DNA from: Salinivirgaceae bacterium
GTDB lineage: Bacteria > Bacteroidota > Bacteroidia > Bacteroidales > SZUA-534
Direction: 5' to 3'
Assembly: GCA_017474765.1 (NCBI GenBank)
Contig: JAFVGW010000023.1
Location: 68,606 to 132,605 of the forward strand
Length of the DNA stretch: 64,000 nucleotides
Both the position numbers and the translations under genes were made by a program. How positions within the stretch are numbered: the first letter of the stretch is position 1; every line of letters starts with the position of its first letter. Below are positions 54,536 to 64,000 of this stretch, piece after piece. Below the pieces are notes generated by a model. That model was not told the origin of the DNA. It was given only the letters and a program-made list of their open reading frames with translations, and made no database searches.

Positions 54536-57147
54536 CGTAATGTTTCTAATAGTCGGTCAAGGCTCAATTCATCGGGAATAAGCACATCGCGGGCTTTGCT
54601 GCCTTGGTATGGGCCAACAATTCCGGCGGCTTCCAACTGGTCCATAATGCGGCCTGCGCGGTTGTAGCCGATGGAGAACTTTCTTTGTATCAGTGATGTA
54701 GAACCTTGCTGGTTTATCACAATTATTCGTGCGGCTTCCTCAAACATCGAGTCGCGTTTCGAAAGGTCGACATCTTCAAGGCTGGCGCCTTCGCCGCCTT
54801 CAGGCACGTATTCGGGCAGCAGGAACGCCGATGTGTAACTCTGCTGCTGTTCAATGTGTTCCATAATTTTCTCAAGCTCAGGCGTATCAACAAAGGCGCA
54901 CTGTACGCGCTGCGTTTCGCCGCCGAGCGAAATCAGCATATCGCCGCGGCCAATCAGCTGGTTGGCGCCTGGGGCGTCCAGAATGGTGCGCGAGTCAATC
55001 ATACTCATCACCTTAAAGGCGATTCGAGCCGGGAAGTTGGCTTTAATCAAGCCCGTGATGACGTTGGTTGTAGGCCTTTGTGTGGCCACAATCAGGTGTA
55101 TGCCGATGGCGCGGGCCAACTGAGCCAAGCGTGCGATTGGCAGCTCGACTTCTTTGCCAGCGGTCATAATCAGGTCGGCAAACTCATCGATAACCACCAC
55201 AATATAAGGCATATAATGATGTCCTTTTTCTGGATTCAGGTGGCGGCTGATGAATTTTGCATTGTACTCTTTAATGTTGCGGCAGCCGGCTTCTTTCAAA
55301 AGGTCGTAGCGTTTGTCCATCTCAATGCAAAGCGACTGCATTGTGTTCACAACCTTCTGTGTATCAGTGATTATTGGCTCGTCGGCATCGGGCAGCATAG
55401 CAAGGAAATACTTCTCAAGTTTCTTGTACAGCGTCAGTTCCACCTTCTTCGGGTCAACCAGCACAAGTTTCAGTTGCGACGGGTGTTTTTTATAGAGCAG
55501 CGATGTCAGTATCGCGTTCAGTCCCACCGATTTACCTTGACCAGTGGCACCAGCAACAAGCAAGTGCGGCGTTTTTGTCAGGTCGAATGTGAACGTTTCG
55601 TTGGTGATGGTTTTGCCAATGGCCACCGGCAGCTCGTATTTGGCTTCCTGGAATTTGGGTGATGCTAGCACAGTGCGCATTGCCACCGTTTGCGGCTTCT
55701 CGTTCGGCACTTCAATACCAATGGTTCCGCGGCCTGGAATCGGCGCAATGATGCGGATGCCCAAAGCTGCAAGGCTTAGCGCAATATCATCGCTTAAGTT
55801 TTTGATTTTCGATATTTTAACACCTTTTGCGGGAACAATTTCGTAAAGTGTTACTGTTGGCCCGACAGTGGCGTTGATTTTCGCAATCTGAATCTTGTAA
55901 TCGTTCAGAGTCTCAACAATTTTGTCCTTGTTGGCGTGCAGTTCCTCGGGTGTTACAGCCGTGTTGTTCTGCTCGTAGTCGTTCAGAAGGTCGATTGACG
56001 GCAGACGGTAGTTTTCAAGGTCGCGGGTCGGGTCGTAAGGCTCAAGGTCGATGTCGCGTATCTTTTGAGTTTCTTCTTCATTTTGTGTAACATCCATTTG
56101 TACTTCGCCATCTGGCTCGTTTTCAGGATTATCGCCAGGCTGAATCTCGTCGTTTTTCTGCGAGGGGATGGTTATCGTGAAATTGTCTTGCTCACCACCT
56201 AATTCGCTGATATTGTTATCGTTTTCGATATTGTCGTTGCTGTCAGCTGAGTCATCGTTGTCATTGTCAATCAGTTGTGATTCAACTTCGCCCAGATTGT
56301 TGCTCAAGTCGTTGTCGTTGTCTGAGTTGTCGAATGTTGCGGTGGTTGTAATCTCGAATTTCAGCAGGTCTTTGTCGTTCTTCTCAAACGGAATGTCATC
56401 GTTGTTATCAGCCTCGGTTTGCTCGTTTTCGCTTTCGATAGTCTCAGCCTCGGTTGTCTCCTCATCTGCTGATTCTGTATCTTGCTCATTATTATCGGTT
56501 TCGGCAGCCGCTTCCTGCTCAGTTGACGGCGGCAGTTCCTTGTCGGTCACTTTCGGGCGGATGAGTTCTTTCACAAAGGTGCGGCATCGTGTAACAAAAC
56601 TGTCGAAAGTGAACGACAGAATGGCGAACAGACAGGTAATCAGCACAATGCCCGTTCCGAGTTTGCCAATCACGGCGTTCATCCATTCGCTCACAAAATA
56701 GCCGTGGGCGCCGCCAGGAGTGAATGCCGCGTGGTGGAATATGTAGCCCAGCGCAACCGAGCCCCAAATTGAATAGACAATCGACAATTTGATGGTTTTG
56801 CTTATGGGTAATGTTTTGATATTGAATAATTTGAAAACCAACACAGCCAGAATCACAATCAGTGCGAACGACGGCAGACCAATCCAGCGGTACATGAATC
56901 GGTGGGCCAGAAAGGCTCCGAATGTGCCTGTCCAGTTGCTGGCCACAATGTTGGGGTTGAAAAACAGTTTGCCGGCTGGAACATCGAGCGTGCTTTGGTC
57001 GATGCGCCAGGTGAACAGATATGAAATGAACGCGAAAGCCATGTAAACCGTGAAAGCCGCAAGGCAGACGCCAACAATGGTGCGCCGACGGACGGTCACG
57101 CTCACGTCTATATCATCAACAGTAATGTTGTCTTTTTTCTTTGCCAT
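54532..57147 (-). CDS. ftsK: DNA translocase FtsK
   Basis: ATG 57147 (MAKKKDNITVDD). N-terminal TM helices and a long acidic D/E/N linker. Motor domain with HLLVAGATGQGKSV, VVVIDEFADL, RAIGIHLIVATQRP and C-terminal gamma domain STSLIQRKFSIGYNRAGRIMDQLE. Confidence 0.95.
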   Translation of the reverse strand: MAKKKDNITVDDIDVSVTVRRRTIVGVCLAAFTVYMAFAFISYLFTWRIDQSTLDVPAGKLFFNPNIVASNWTGTFGAFLAHRFMYRWIGLPSFALIVILAVLVFKLFNIKTLPISKTIKLSIVYSIWGSVALGYIFHHAAFTPGGAHGYFVSEWMNAVIGKLGTGIVLITCLFAILSFTFDSFVTRCRTFVKELIRPKVTDKELPPSTEQEAAAETDNNEQDTESADEETTEAETIESENEQTEADNNDDIPFEKNDKDLLKFEITTTATFDNSDNDNDLSNNLGEVESQLIDNDNDDSADSNDNIENDNNISELGGEQDNFTITIPSQKNDEIQPGDNPENEPDGEVQMDVTQNEEETQKIRDIDLEPYDPTRDLENYRLPSIDLLNDYEQNNTAVTPEELHANKDKIVETLNDYKIQIAKINATVGPTVTLYEIVPAKGVKISKIKNLSDDIALSLAALGIRIIAPIPGRGTIGIEVPNEKPQTVAMRTVLASPKFQEAKYELPVAIGKTITNETFTFDLTKTPHLLVAGATGQGKSVGLNAILTSLLYKKHPSQLKLVLVDPKKVELTLYKKLEKYFLAMLPDADEPIITDTQKVVNTMQSLCIEMDKRYDLLKEAGCRNIKEYNAKFISRHLNPEKGHHYMPYIVVVIDEFADLIMTAGKEVELPIARLAQLARAIGIHLIVATQRPTTNVITGLIKANFPARIAFKVMSMIDSRTILDAPGANQLIGRGDMLISLGGETQRVQCAFVDTPELEKIMEHIEQQQSYTSAFLLPEYVPEGGEGASLEDVDLSKRDSMFEEAARIIVINQQGSTSLIQRKFSIGYNRAGRIMDQLEAAGIVGPYQGSKARDVLIPDELSLDRLLETLR

Positions 57148-57185
57148 AGTCTTAGTTGTAGGATTGAAACGAAAAAAAGGCAAAA

Positions 57186-57893
57186 TTATTTGCCTATTCC
57201 ATTGAAAATTTCGTCCATTTGCGACCGTTCAACGCGTTCGTAACCTTCAGGAATTTCAAATGTGTTGTTCGATATTTTTTCGTTAATGAATTCAATGGCT
57301 TCGAGGTGCATCGGAATGCCGTTCATCGAGAGGCGGAAATCCATTGGCATTCCTGGAATTTTGTCGAGAGGAGTGTTGGCTGTGGCATTGCTGATTTTGA
57401 TGTCGGTGGTGTAGAATACATCAAATGATGTTGAGTCGCCGATGCTCACGCTTGCATGGTTGCAGCGAAACCCAATCATCTCTTTCTCGGTATTGTCAAA
57501 ATTGATTTGCAGATTGTCGGGGCGGTTCATGCCGTAGTAGCCCTCTTCTGATGATGAGATGTATAAATATTTTTTGTTCAGTATTTTAAGCAGGGTGTAG
57601 GCTTTGTGGTTGCCGTCTTTTATGAATGCCGACCTGAATATTCCCAGCCAGCCTTCCATTTCAAGAATCACCTTGTCGTTTTTGAAGTGCATCACAATTG
57701 TTGAGGGCAGAAGGCCGATAATCGGATTCTCCTTTTCGGTCTGCAAATAGGTGATTTTGAACTTTACCGAGCCTTCGCTAATGCTTCCGTGATGCCCTTT
57801 TTCGGAGCATCCGAAGAGTATGGAAACACACAATAAAGCCGTGGCACACAAGTGCTTACAATGTCTGTATATATTGCTGCGTTTGTTGTCCAA
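57186..57893 (-). CDS. Hypothetical lipoprotein
   Basis: Lipobox ILFGCSEKG. There is no in-frame ATG near the 5' end, so the start would be TTG at 57893. The start is uncertain. Confidence 0.55.
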   Translation of the reverse strand: MDNKRSNIYRHCKHLCATALLCVSILFGCSEKGHHGSISEGSVKFKITYLQTEKENPIIGLLPSTIVMHFKNDKVILEMEGWLGIFRSAFIKDGNHKAYTLLKILNKKYLYISSSEEGYYGMNRPDNLQINFDNTEKEMIGFRCNHASVSIGDSTSFDVFYTTDIKISNATANTPLDKIPGMPMDFRLSMNGIPMHLEAIEFINEKISNNTFEIPEGYERVERSQMDEIFNGIGK

Positions 57894-57966
57894 GATTCTA
57901 TTTTTTCAGTTGTGGTAAAGGTACTTATTATCGGTTAAAAACCGATTTTTCTGCAACTTTTTTTGC

Positions 57967-58004
57967 AAAAAAAATGCCCGTCAAATGCAATCGTTTGACG
58001 GGCA
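57967..58004 (-). terminator. Rho-independent terminator of glyA
   Basis: Arms tgcccgtcaaa / tttgacgggca (perfect, at least 10 bp). The minus-strand transcript ends in U8 (A-run 57967-57974). Confidence 0.8.
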
Positions 58005-58023
58005 CTTTTTCTATCTGTTTTTA

Positions 58024-59304
58024 TTACCACGCAAACATTGGGCGCGGCATCATCATCTCGTTCACTTCGGCTTTAACTTTTGCGATAACGCTCTCGTTTT
58101 CAGGGTCGGCCAGAACGCGGTCAATCATATCCACAATCACGTCCATATCCGATTCCTTCAGGCCGCGGGTGGTGATGGCGGGTGTGCCAAGGCGCAGGCC
58201 GCTGGTCTGCATTGCCGAGCGGGTGTCGAACGGCACAAGGTTCATATTCACCGTGATGTCGGCGGCAACAAGAGCCTTCTCGGCCACCTTGCCAGTCAGT
58301 TCGGCGTATTTCGGACGCAGGTCAACCAGCATCGAGTGGTTGTCGGTTCCGCCCGAAACAATGTAGAATCCTTTGTTCATCATACCTTTGGCAAGGGCGG
58401 CGGCATTCTTCTGCACTTGTTTCTGATACTCTTTGAATTCGGGTGTGAGTGCTTCGCCGAAAGCCACGGCTTTGGCTGCAATCACGTGCTCGAGCGGTCC
58501 GCCCTGTTGTCCGGGGAACACGGCCGAGTTAATCAGGCTGCCCATCGAGCGGATTTCACCTTTTTTGGTTGTCTTTCCAAACGGATTCGGAAAGTCCTTG
58601 CCAATCAGAATGATACCGCCGCGTGGCCCGCGCAGAGTCTTGTGAGTTGTCGATGTTACAATGTCGGCATATTTGACAGGGTTGTCGAGCAGTCCGGCAG
58701 CGATGAGTCCGGCAGGGTGAGCCATATCCACCATCAGCAGGGCGCCGCAGGCGTCGGCAATCTGGCGCATACGCTTGTAGTCCCATTCGCGGCTGTAGGC
58801 CGAGCCTCCGCCGATAATCAATTTCGGTTTCTCGCGCATTGCAATTTCTTCCATCTCGTCATAGTCAACGCGGCCGGTTTCCTTGTTCAGGTGGTAGGCG
58901 CACGGGGTGTAAATCATACCCGATGTGTTCACTGCCGAGCCGTGCGAAAGGTGTCCGCCGTGTGCAAGGTCGAGCCCCATAAACTTGTCGCCTGGTTTCA
59001 GCACTGCCAGCAGAACGGCTGCATTGGCCTGCGCGCCAGAGTGGGGCTGCACGTTGGCATATTCGGCGCCGTAGATTTTCTTCAGGCGCTCAATGGCCAG
59101 CGTCTCAACTTCGTCAACCACTTCGCAGCCGCCGTAGTGGCGTTTGCCCGGGTAGCCTTCGGCATATTTGTTGGTCAGGCACGAGCCCATAGCCTGCATA
59201 ACCTGGTCGCTCACAAAGTTTTCAGATGCAATCATCTCAATGCCGCGCTTCTGGCGGGCGTACTCCTTGTCTATAAGGTCGAAAACAACACTGTCTTTAT
59301 TCAT
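58024..59304 (-). CDS. glyA: Serine hydroxymethyltransferase
   Basis: IELIASENF-type motif ([11 protein letters not shown]), GYPGKRYYGG-like ([11 protein letters not shown]), and PLP-lysine region [15 protein letters not shown]. Confidence 0.97.
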   Translation of the reverse strand: MNKDSVVFDLIDKEYARQKRGIEMIASENFVSDQVMQAMGSCLTNKYAEGYPGKRHYGGCEVVDEVETLAIERLKKIYGAEYANVQPHSGAQANAAVLLAVLKPGDKFMGLDLAHGGHLSHGSAVNTSGMIYTPCAYHLNKETGRVDYDEMEEIAMREKPKLIIGGGSAYSREWDYKRMRQIADACGALLMVDMAHPAGLIAAGLLDNPVKYADIVTSTTHKTLRGPRGGIILIGKDFPNPFGKTTKKGEIRSMGSLINSAVFPGQQGGPLEHVIAAKAVAFGEALTPEFKEYQKQVQKNAAALAKGMMNKGFYIVSGGTDNHSMLVDLRPKYAELTGKVAEKALVAADITVNMNLVPFDTRSAMQTSGLRLGTPAITTRGLKESDMDVIVDMIDRVLADPENESVIAKVKAEVNEMMMPRPMFAW

Positions 59305-59336
59305 ATTGTTTCAAATTGTTATTGATTTATAAATAT

Positions 59337-59810
59337 TTAGTCATTCGATTCAATTGGGAATTGCCGGCGGAAACTCTCTTCGAGCGAGATGATGGTCTCG
59401 GTGCGCTCCACAATGTCGAGCCGCTGCAGTTTGTCCGACAGAATGCGGCGCAGATGCTCATTGTCGTGTGCCATCACCTTGATGAACAGCGAGTAGTTGC
59501 CGGTAACGTAGTGGCATTCAATTATTTCAGGAATTTTGAAGAGTTCTTCGGCGATGTCGTGATACAGGCAGGCTTTTTTCAGGTTGATGCCCACAAAGGC
59601 GCACGTTTTGTAGCCCAGATTCTGCGGGCTGACAATGAATTCGGAACCTGTGATGATGCCGATGTTGGTGAGCCGCTGCACCCTTTGGTGTATGGCTGCG
59701 CCCGACACTCCGCACTCGCGTGCCACTTCAAGAAAAGGTGTGCGTGCGTTTTTCGAGATTATCGACAGAATCTTCTTGTCGAGTTCGTCGATGTTGTGGT
59801 TTTCGCTCAT
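59337..59810 (-). CDS. Lrp/AsnC family transcriptional regulator
   Basis: LDKKILSIISKNARTPFLEVARECGVSGAAIHQRVQRL (HTH) plus a C-terminal RAM/AsnC_trans_reg domain. 32 nt upstream of glyA on the same strand. Confidence 0.88.
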   Translation of the reverse strand: MSENHNIDELDKKILSIISKNARTPFLEVARECGVSGAAIHQRVQRLTNIGIITGSEFIVSPQNLGYKTCAFVGINLKKACLYHDIAEELFKIPEIIECHYVTGNYSLFIKVMAHDNEHLRRILSDKLQRLDIVERTETIISLEESFRRQFPIESND

Positions 59811-60005
59811 ATTTAAAAGCCTTTAGATGTGTTTTTCAAACTCCACAAATCAGTTGCAAGGCAATCTTGGCCCCGCTTTTAATTTGACGCAAAGAAAACT
59901 AATTCTTCGGTACAAAACTTACAATTGCGAGTTTTTTATTACCTAAAAGTTAACAATTGAAAGTTGAGTGAATTTGTTTTCTAGGCATAAGGCGCAAGGC
60001 AAAAG

Positions 60006-60754
60006 TCATTTGAATTGCGACAGGTCTATTTCCTCGTTTGTCCAAATTCTTTCCCCGTTTATTTCATAGTAATACTTGAATTTGGCGAACCGTTTGGTGT
60101 TGTTGTGGTAATATAAAAAATATAAAAGAACAGACATAACAACAATTGCAACCATCATCCAACAATTTGTTTGCAGAGAGAATGGATGGCGCCAAAAGCC
60201 GAAACCAGAAAAACACAATTCATAGAATCCAACACAATACGTAAACATAATGTTCCAAAATATGCGGAGGAAAATTGCACCTTTTGAATAGTATAGAGGT
60301 TCTTCAATTGAATTTTTAGAAGGAATATGACCTGGAATGACATTGCATATTGCACAAGATGTTGCAAAACACATCTCAATCCACATAAACAGAAGAAACT
60401 CAATCTGAAATCCATCTGTAAAAGGTGATTTATAGCCGATGACAAACGCGGCGTGAATTGCAAACGGAATGACCGAGTATATAATTTTATGACCGTTTCA
60501 GTGATGTATTTCTCCAACTCCGATGCTTCTGGCAGTTGATTCCACATTGGGCGGTCGGGAGTGTTGGTGCACAATGGCAGTAAGGCCGCATCCACCGACA
60601 AAGCGATAAACACAACTATTAGCCCCGCACCGCAAACCGCCAGTATTGCGGGAACCATAAACAAAACTGCCATTATTGTCAGAAACCGTTTGTTAAAGGC
60701 AATAAAACTGATGGCGTAGTTATAAAATCGATTTAAGTTAAATGTGTGATTCAT
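60006..60754 (-). pseudogene. Multi-pass membrane protein gene, apparently split by a frameshift near 60495-60500
   Basis: The ORF from 60754 reads as TM protein up to ...ELEKYITE. The frame of ORF 60006-60386 is open back to the stop codon at 60498-60500 and reads NGHKIIYSVIPFAIHAAFVIGYKSPFTDGFQIEFLLFMWIEMCF... (hydrophobic, natural-looking). The continuation of the first frame looks unnatural. The two ORFs overlap by 232 nt. Confidence 0.45.
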
Positions 60755-60828
60755 AGTTTAATATCTATGCATTGAAATATTAATATCAAGCACTATTTAC
60801 TTATACCTTATATCTTGTAACTTGCCCC

Positions 60829-62388
60829 TTACAATGTATTCAGCATCTTCTTGAACACATCGTTAGGCTTCAATCCGAGTTCGTCCTCTGAAAATTCCGG
60901 TTTCAGGCGATGGACAATGTACGATTGCATGGGCTCCATGTGTTTGGGGTAGATGGAGCCTCGGCATTCACACTCAAAATAATCTTTTATGTATTCGTAG
61001 GTGCTTTCCGAAATGCACACCTTGCCAACCACACCTTCCTGCTCAACGCGGGCGGCGGTGTTCACTGTCACGCCCCACACATCGTAAACATATTTCTTGC
61101 GTCCCACAACTCCCACAATGGCAGGTCCTGTGTGCAGTCCGATGCGGCAAAGCCATGGATTGATGCCGTTTGCTTCATTTTCTTCGGCAATCTTATTCAC
61201 AACATGCTGCATGTCGAGGGCAGCCAGAACGGTGTCGAACGGGTGGCTCTTGTTGCTCAGCGGCAGGCCTCCGGCGCACATGTAGGCGTCGCCGATGGTT
61301 TTTATTTTCTCGATGAAATGAGCGTCGGTGATGTCGTCGAAAGTCTTGAAATACGAATCGAGCCTCTCAATCAGTTCTTTAGGCGATAGCTCGCTTGTCA
61401 GACTGGTGAAATTGGCGAAGTCGAGAAATAGGATAGTGGTGCTCTTGTATTGGCGCGGCGACACTGAGCCTTTCGATTTCAGCTGGCGCATTATCTCAAA
61501 AGGCAGAATGTTGAGCAGCAGTTCGTCCGATTTGCGCTTTTCTTCGGCAATGACGGCGTTTTGTGAGTTGATTTCAAGTTGCTGTTGTTCAAGCAGTTTG
61601 TTGGTTTCCTGCAAGTGTTTGGTCAGCGACAGCATATACTCATTCTTCTGATTCAAAGCCAATTCCGACTCTTTGAGATTTGTGATGTCTGTTTCAACGG
61701 CAAAGATGTTCTTAACATTCCCGTCGCGCCCAAGAATGGGAGTCAGTGTGGTTTGAATCCATTTGTAGTCTTCGCCAACCGTAAACACCGAGGCAAATGT
61801 GACGGGCTCTTTTTTCCCGATACATTTGTCGAAATATTGTTTGATATTGACATTGTCATTGAATTCCAGAATGTTACGGCCGAAAATGTTTTTGAATTCA
61901 TCCATTCCGAATCCATACATTTTCGCAAAACCGTCGTTGCACCAGATGAGTTCGCCGGCAGCGTCGAGCATCATAAATGAGTTGGATGACAAGTTGATGC
62001 ACTGCATCACTTTGCGGAATTTGCCGCGCCGTTTGTTTCTGCTTGTTACCTTGCCAATAGTGTTTTCAAGTCTTACGCTTTCTTCGACTTTGTCGTGGGT
62101 GCTTATACATTCGTAAAAGCCTGATTCATATACAGATTTCAGTTGTTCGATGTCGCCAGGTTCGGTAAGAGCAACAAATGCCGTGTCAGAGAAATGTTTG
62201 TCTGTTGCCAGAGCAATCGCATCATTCAAATCGGTGCTTTTTAAATCGATGATAATCAGCATCGAAGCATTCTGCCCGACTACATCCATATCAACCTTTT
62301 CAAGGGGTAGCACGGAGTATTCGCTGCTGTTTTTGGCAAGAATGCCAGGACGGTTTTCAATGCTACCTATATATATAATGGTCTCCAT
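60829..62388 (-). CDS. Class III adenylate/guanylate cyclase with N-terminal receiver-like module and PAS domain
   Basis: Cyclase core TILFLDFANFTSLTSEL...EKIKTIGDAYMCAGGLP...RIGLHTGPAIVGVVGRKKYVYDVWGVTVNTAARVE. An upstream PAS-like segment and a coiled coil are present. Confidence 0.88.
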   Translation of the reverse strand: METIIYIGSIENRPGILAKNSSEYSVLPLEKVDMDVVGQNASMLIIIDLKSTDLNDAIALATDKHFSDTAFVALTEPGDIEQLKSVYESGFYECISTHDKVEESVRLENTIGKVTSRNKRRGKFRKVMQCINLSSNSFMMLDAAGELIWCNDGFAKMYGFGMDEFKNIFGRNILEFNDNVNIKQYFDKCIGKKEPVTFASVFTVGEDYKWIQTTLTPILGRDGNVKNIFAVETDITNLKESELALNQKNEYMLSLTKHLQETNKLLEQQQLEINSQNAVIAEEKRKSDELLLNILPFEIMRQLKSKGSVSPRQYKSTTILFLDFANFTSLTSELSPKELIERLDSYFKTFDDITDAHFIEKIKTIGDAYMCAGGLPLSNKSHPFDTVLAALDMQHVVNKIAEENEANGINPWLCRIGLHTGPAIVGVVGRKKYVYDVWGVTVNTAARVEQEGVVGKVCISESTYEYIKDYFECECRGSIYPKHMEPMQSYIVHRLKPEFSEDELGLKPNDVFKKMLNTL

Positions 62389-62430
62389 TCAGAATCTTTT
62401 CTGAAAGATGCACATTATTTTTGAAATATC

Positions 62431-64000
62431 CTATTCCCACTCAATGGTTCCTGGCGGTTTGTGCGTCACGTCGTACCAGAGCGAGCCAGCGCCATCGGCC
62501 TTGAACTGTTGCCACAGGCCGGCGAGTAGCGTTTGGTCGATTTCGGCAAAGTTGGCGGTCATTGCTTCCGAACTGTTCACGGGACGCATCACAATGCACG
62601 GCTTGTCTTGCACGCGCAGCGGTGTCAGAACCACGGGCATCTGCCAGATTTTCTCGTAAAGGTCGTTGGCCTGAAGGAACTCGGTGCAGATGTTGTCGAA
62701 TTTGCGCAGCGTGTCGAATTTATCTTTGGTGGCGTATTGGGCAACCAATTTCGGCATTTCGTCCGATACTGTGCCAACCTGCCAAATCACGCGGTTGATG
62801 ACTTTGAAACGGTTCACAAGTTCTGTGCTGAAGCGCTCGCACTCTTTCCAACTCAAGTTTTTCGAAGTCAGCAGGAAAGGTTGAGCGTAGGTACGGCCGT
62901 CGCCTTGCACACCCACACTTTTCACCGGCAGAACTCGGCCCTCGATATTGTTGTCTTTCAAATATTTGTCCAAACCTTCAACATCGGCGTTTGTTGCAAA
63001 CTCGCCTTTGCCGTCGGTGCAGAGCAGACGCACGCCAAGTCCCGGGCCGGGGAAGGGGTGGCGCCAAACCAGATTGTGCGGAATGCCGAGTTCTTCGCCA
63101 AGCATACGCACTTCGTCTTTGTAAAGGTCGGCAAGTGGCTCAAGCAGAAGACCTTGCGCCATCAGGTCCATCACTTCCTTCACGCGGTTGTGGTGGGTTT
63201 TTATCAGGTCGGCGTTCTTTGTGCCGCCGCTCTCGATGGTGTCGGGGTAGATGGTGCCTTGCGCAATCATCCACTCTTTTGGGTCAAGGTTCAACTTGCT
63301 CATTTCCTTGTCTTTAACCATCAGGAAGGTTGCGCCGATGCGTTTGCGCTTCTCTTCGGGCGCGGTTATTCCTTCCAGTTGGCCAAGAAAATCGGCGGTG
63401 GCGTCAACCACGCGCAGGTTGTGCATTCCTTCGGCCTTCAGGAACTCAATAATCTTCTGCGACTCGTCCATACGCATCATTCCGTTGTCGATGTGCAGGC
63501 CCATAACGCGCTCTGTGCCAAGAACTTTGTTCAGCAGAACGAAAGCCACCGTGCTATCAACGCCGCCCGACACAAGCAGGAACACCTTGCGATTGCCCAC
63601 TTCGGTGCGTATCTTCTCAGAAATCAGCGGCATATAACTCTTCATATTCCACGTGCGCTCGCATTGGCAGATGCCGATGAAGTTGTCCAGCAGTTGCATT
63701 CCGAACTTGCTGTGCGTCACTTCGGGGTGGAACTGAATGCCGTAAATCTTGCGCTCGTCCATCGCCACAGCGGCAATGGGGCAGTCTTTTGTCGATGCTA
63801 TAATGCGATATCCGTCAGGCAGTTGCGAAACCGAATCACCGTGGCTCATCCACATTGGAGACGATGCCGGAATGCCTTTGAGCAGCGGGTGTTGGCTGTC
63901 GCCGATAATCAAATCCGATATGCCGTACTCTTTCACCTTGCCGGGTTTCACGGTTCCGCCCAGTTGCGACGCAATGAGTTGGTGACCGTAGCAGATACCA
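62431..64000 (-). CDS. guaA: GMP synthase (glutamine-hydrolysing), N-terminus outside window
   Basis: The frame is open to base 64000 (…GICYGHQLIASQLGG = GATase active-site Cys region). ATP-PPase motif LLVSGGVDSTV. C-terminal ...KPPGTIEWE. Confidence 0.95.
   Translation of the reverse strand, partial: GICYGHQLIASQLGGTVKPGKVKEYGISDLIIGDSQHPLLKGIPASSPMWMSHGDSVSQLPDGYRIIASTKDCPIAAVAMDERKIYGIQFHPEVTHSKFGMQLLDNFIGICQCERTWNMKSYMPLISEKIRTEVGNRKVFLLVSGGVDSTVAFVLLNKVLGTERVMGLHIDNGMMRMDESQKIIEFLKAEGMHNLRVVDATADFLGQLEGITAPEEKRKRIGATFLMVKDKEMSKLNLDPKEWMIAQGTIYPDTIESGGTKNADLIKTHHNRVKEVMDLMAQGLLLEPLADLYKDEVRMLGEELGIPHNLVWRHPFPGPGLGVRLLCTDGKGEFATNADVEGLDKYLKDNNIEGRVLPVKSVGVQGDGRTYAQPFLLTSKNLSWKECERFSTELVNRFKVINRVIWQVGTVSDEMPKLVAQYATKDKFDTLRKFDNICTEFLQANDLYEKIWQMPVVLTPLRVQDKPCIVMRPVNSSEAMTANFAEIDQTLLAGLWQQFKADGAGSLWYDVTHKPPGTIEWE

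Noticed and set aside
54706-55662. 318-aa plus-strand ORF, and the Ser-rich ORF at 56168-56701
   Set aside because: Both are antisense to ftsK. The Ser/Leu-rich one is the complement of the acidic D/E/N linker.
57985-59325. 446-aa ORF on the plus strand
   Set aside because: It is antisense to glyA, whose identity is unambiguous. It is a shadow ORF.
60006-62388. A Pycsar-like antiphage pair (cyclase plus TM effector)
   Set aside because: The cyclase carries PAS and receiver-like sensory modules typical of housekeeping signalling. The TM protein shows no cyclic-nucleotide-binding domain and appears frameshifted. No other defence genes are adjacent.

Overview
This 64-kb window looks like a chromosomal segment from a Bacteroidota genome of Bacteroidales type. 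The evidence is a SusC/SusD pair, four predicted T9SS cargo proteins (type A and type B C-terminal sorting domains), the ftsK-lolA arrangement, HU, and TAnnTTTG-like promoter boxes. A family-level guess (Muribaculaceae-like, from the style of the intergenic repeats) is only an impression and was not tested.

I support about 43 protein-coding genes.
- Housekeeping: secF end, mnmA, hup, ffh, folD, ribBA, ftsK, glyA, guaA and a UvrD-family helicase.
- Accessory blocks: (a) a Sus-like locus with no glycan enzymes but an M16 peptidase; (b) two paralogous BspA-type leucine-rich-repeat T9SS cargo genes (1669 aa and about 521 aa); (c) a double-ATPase radical-enzyme activase plus a dehydratase-like gene that appears frameshifted, plus TetR; (d) a small T9SS cargo gene next to a 1046-aa tail-fibre-like protein; (e) a PAS-adenylate cyclase next to an apparently frameshifted membrane-protein gene.
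- I saw no rRNA, tRNA, CRISPR array, transposase or integrase.

The gene list does not explain these observations:
1. A family of intergenic spacers is built entirely of short tandem words. They start at stop codons, and two loci 49 kb apart share the same word blocks in the same order.
2. Four 33-bp-phased direct repeats run right up to the start codon of a DUF4143-type AAA ATPase gene.
3. A hairpin-rich repeat mosaic and a duplicated unit of about 210 nt bracket a lone Bro-N (DinD-like) gene.
4. A 28-nt near-perfect palindrome lies inside the T9SS sorting-domain coding region of the giant LRR gene, and its arms are conserved in the paralog.

Start codons were chosen by eye (signal peptides, conserved N-termini). 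All functional calls come from recognising motifs in the supplied translations, not from searches.
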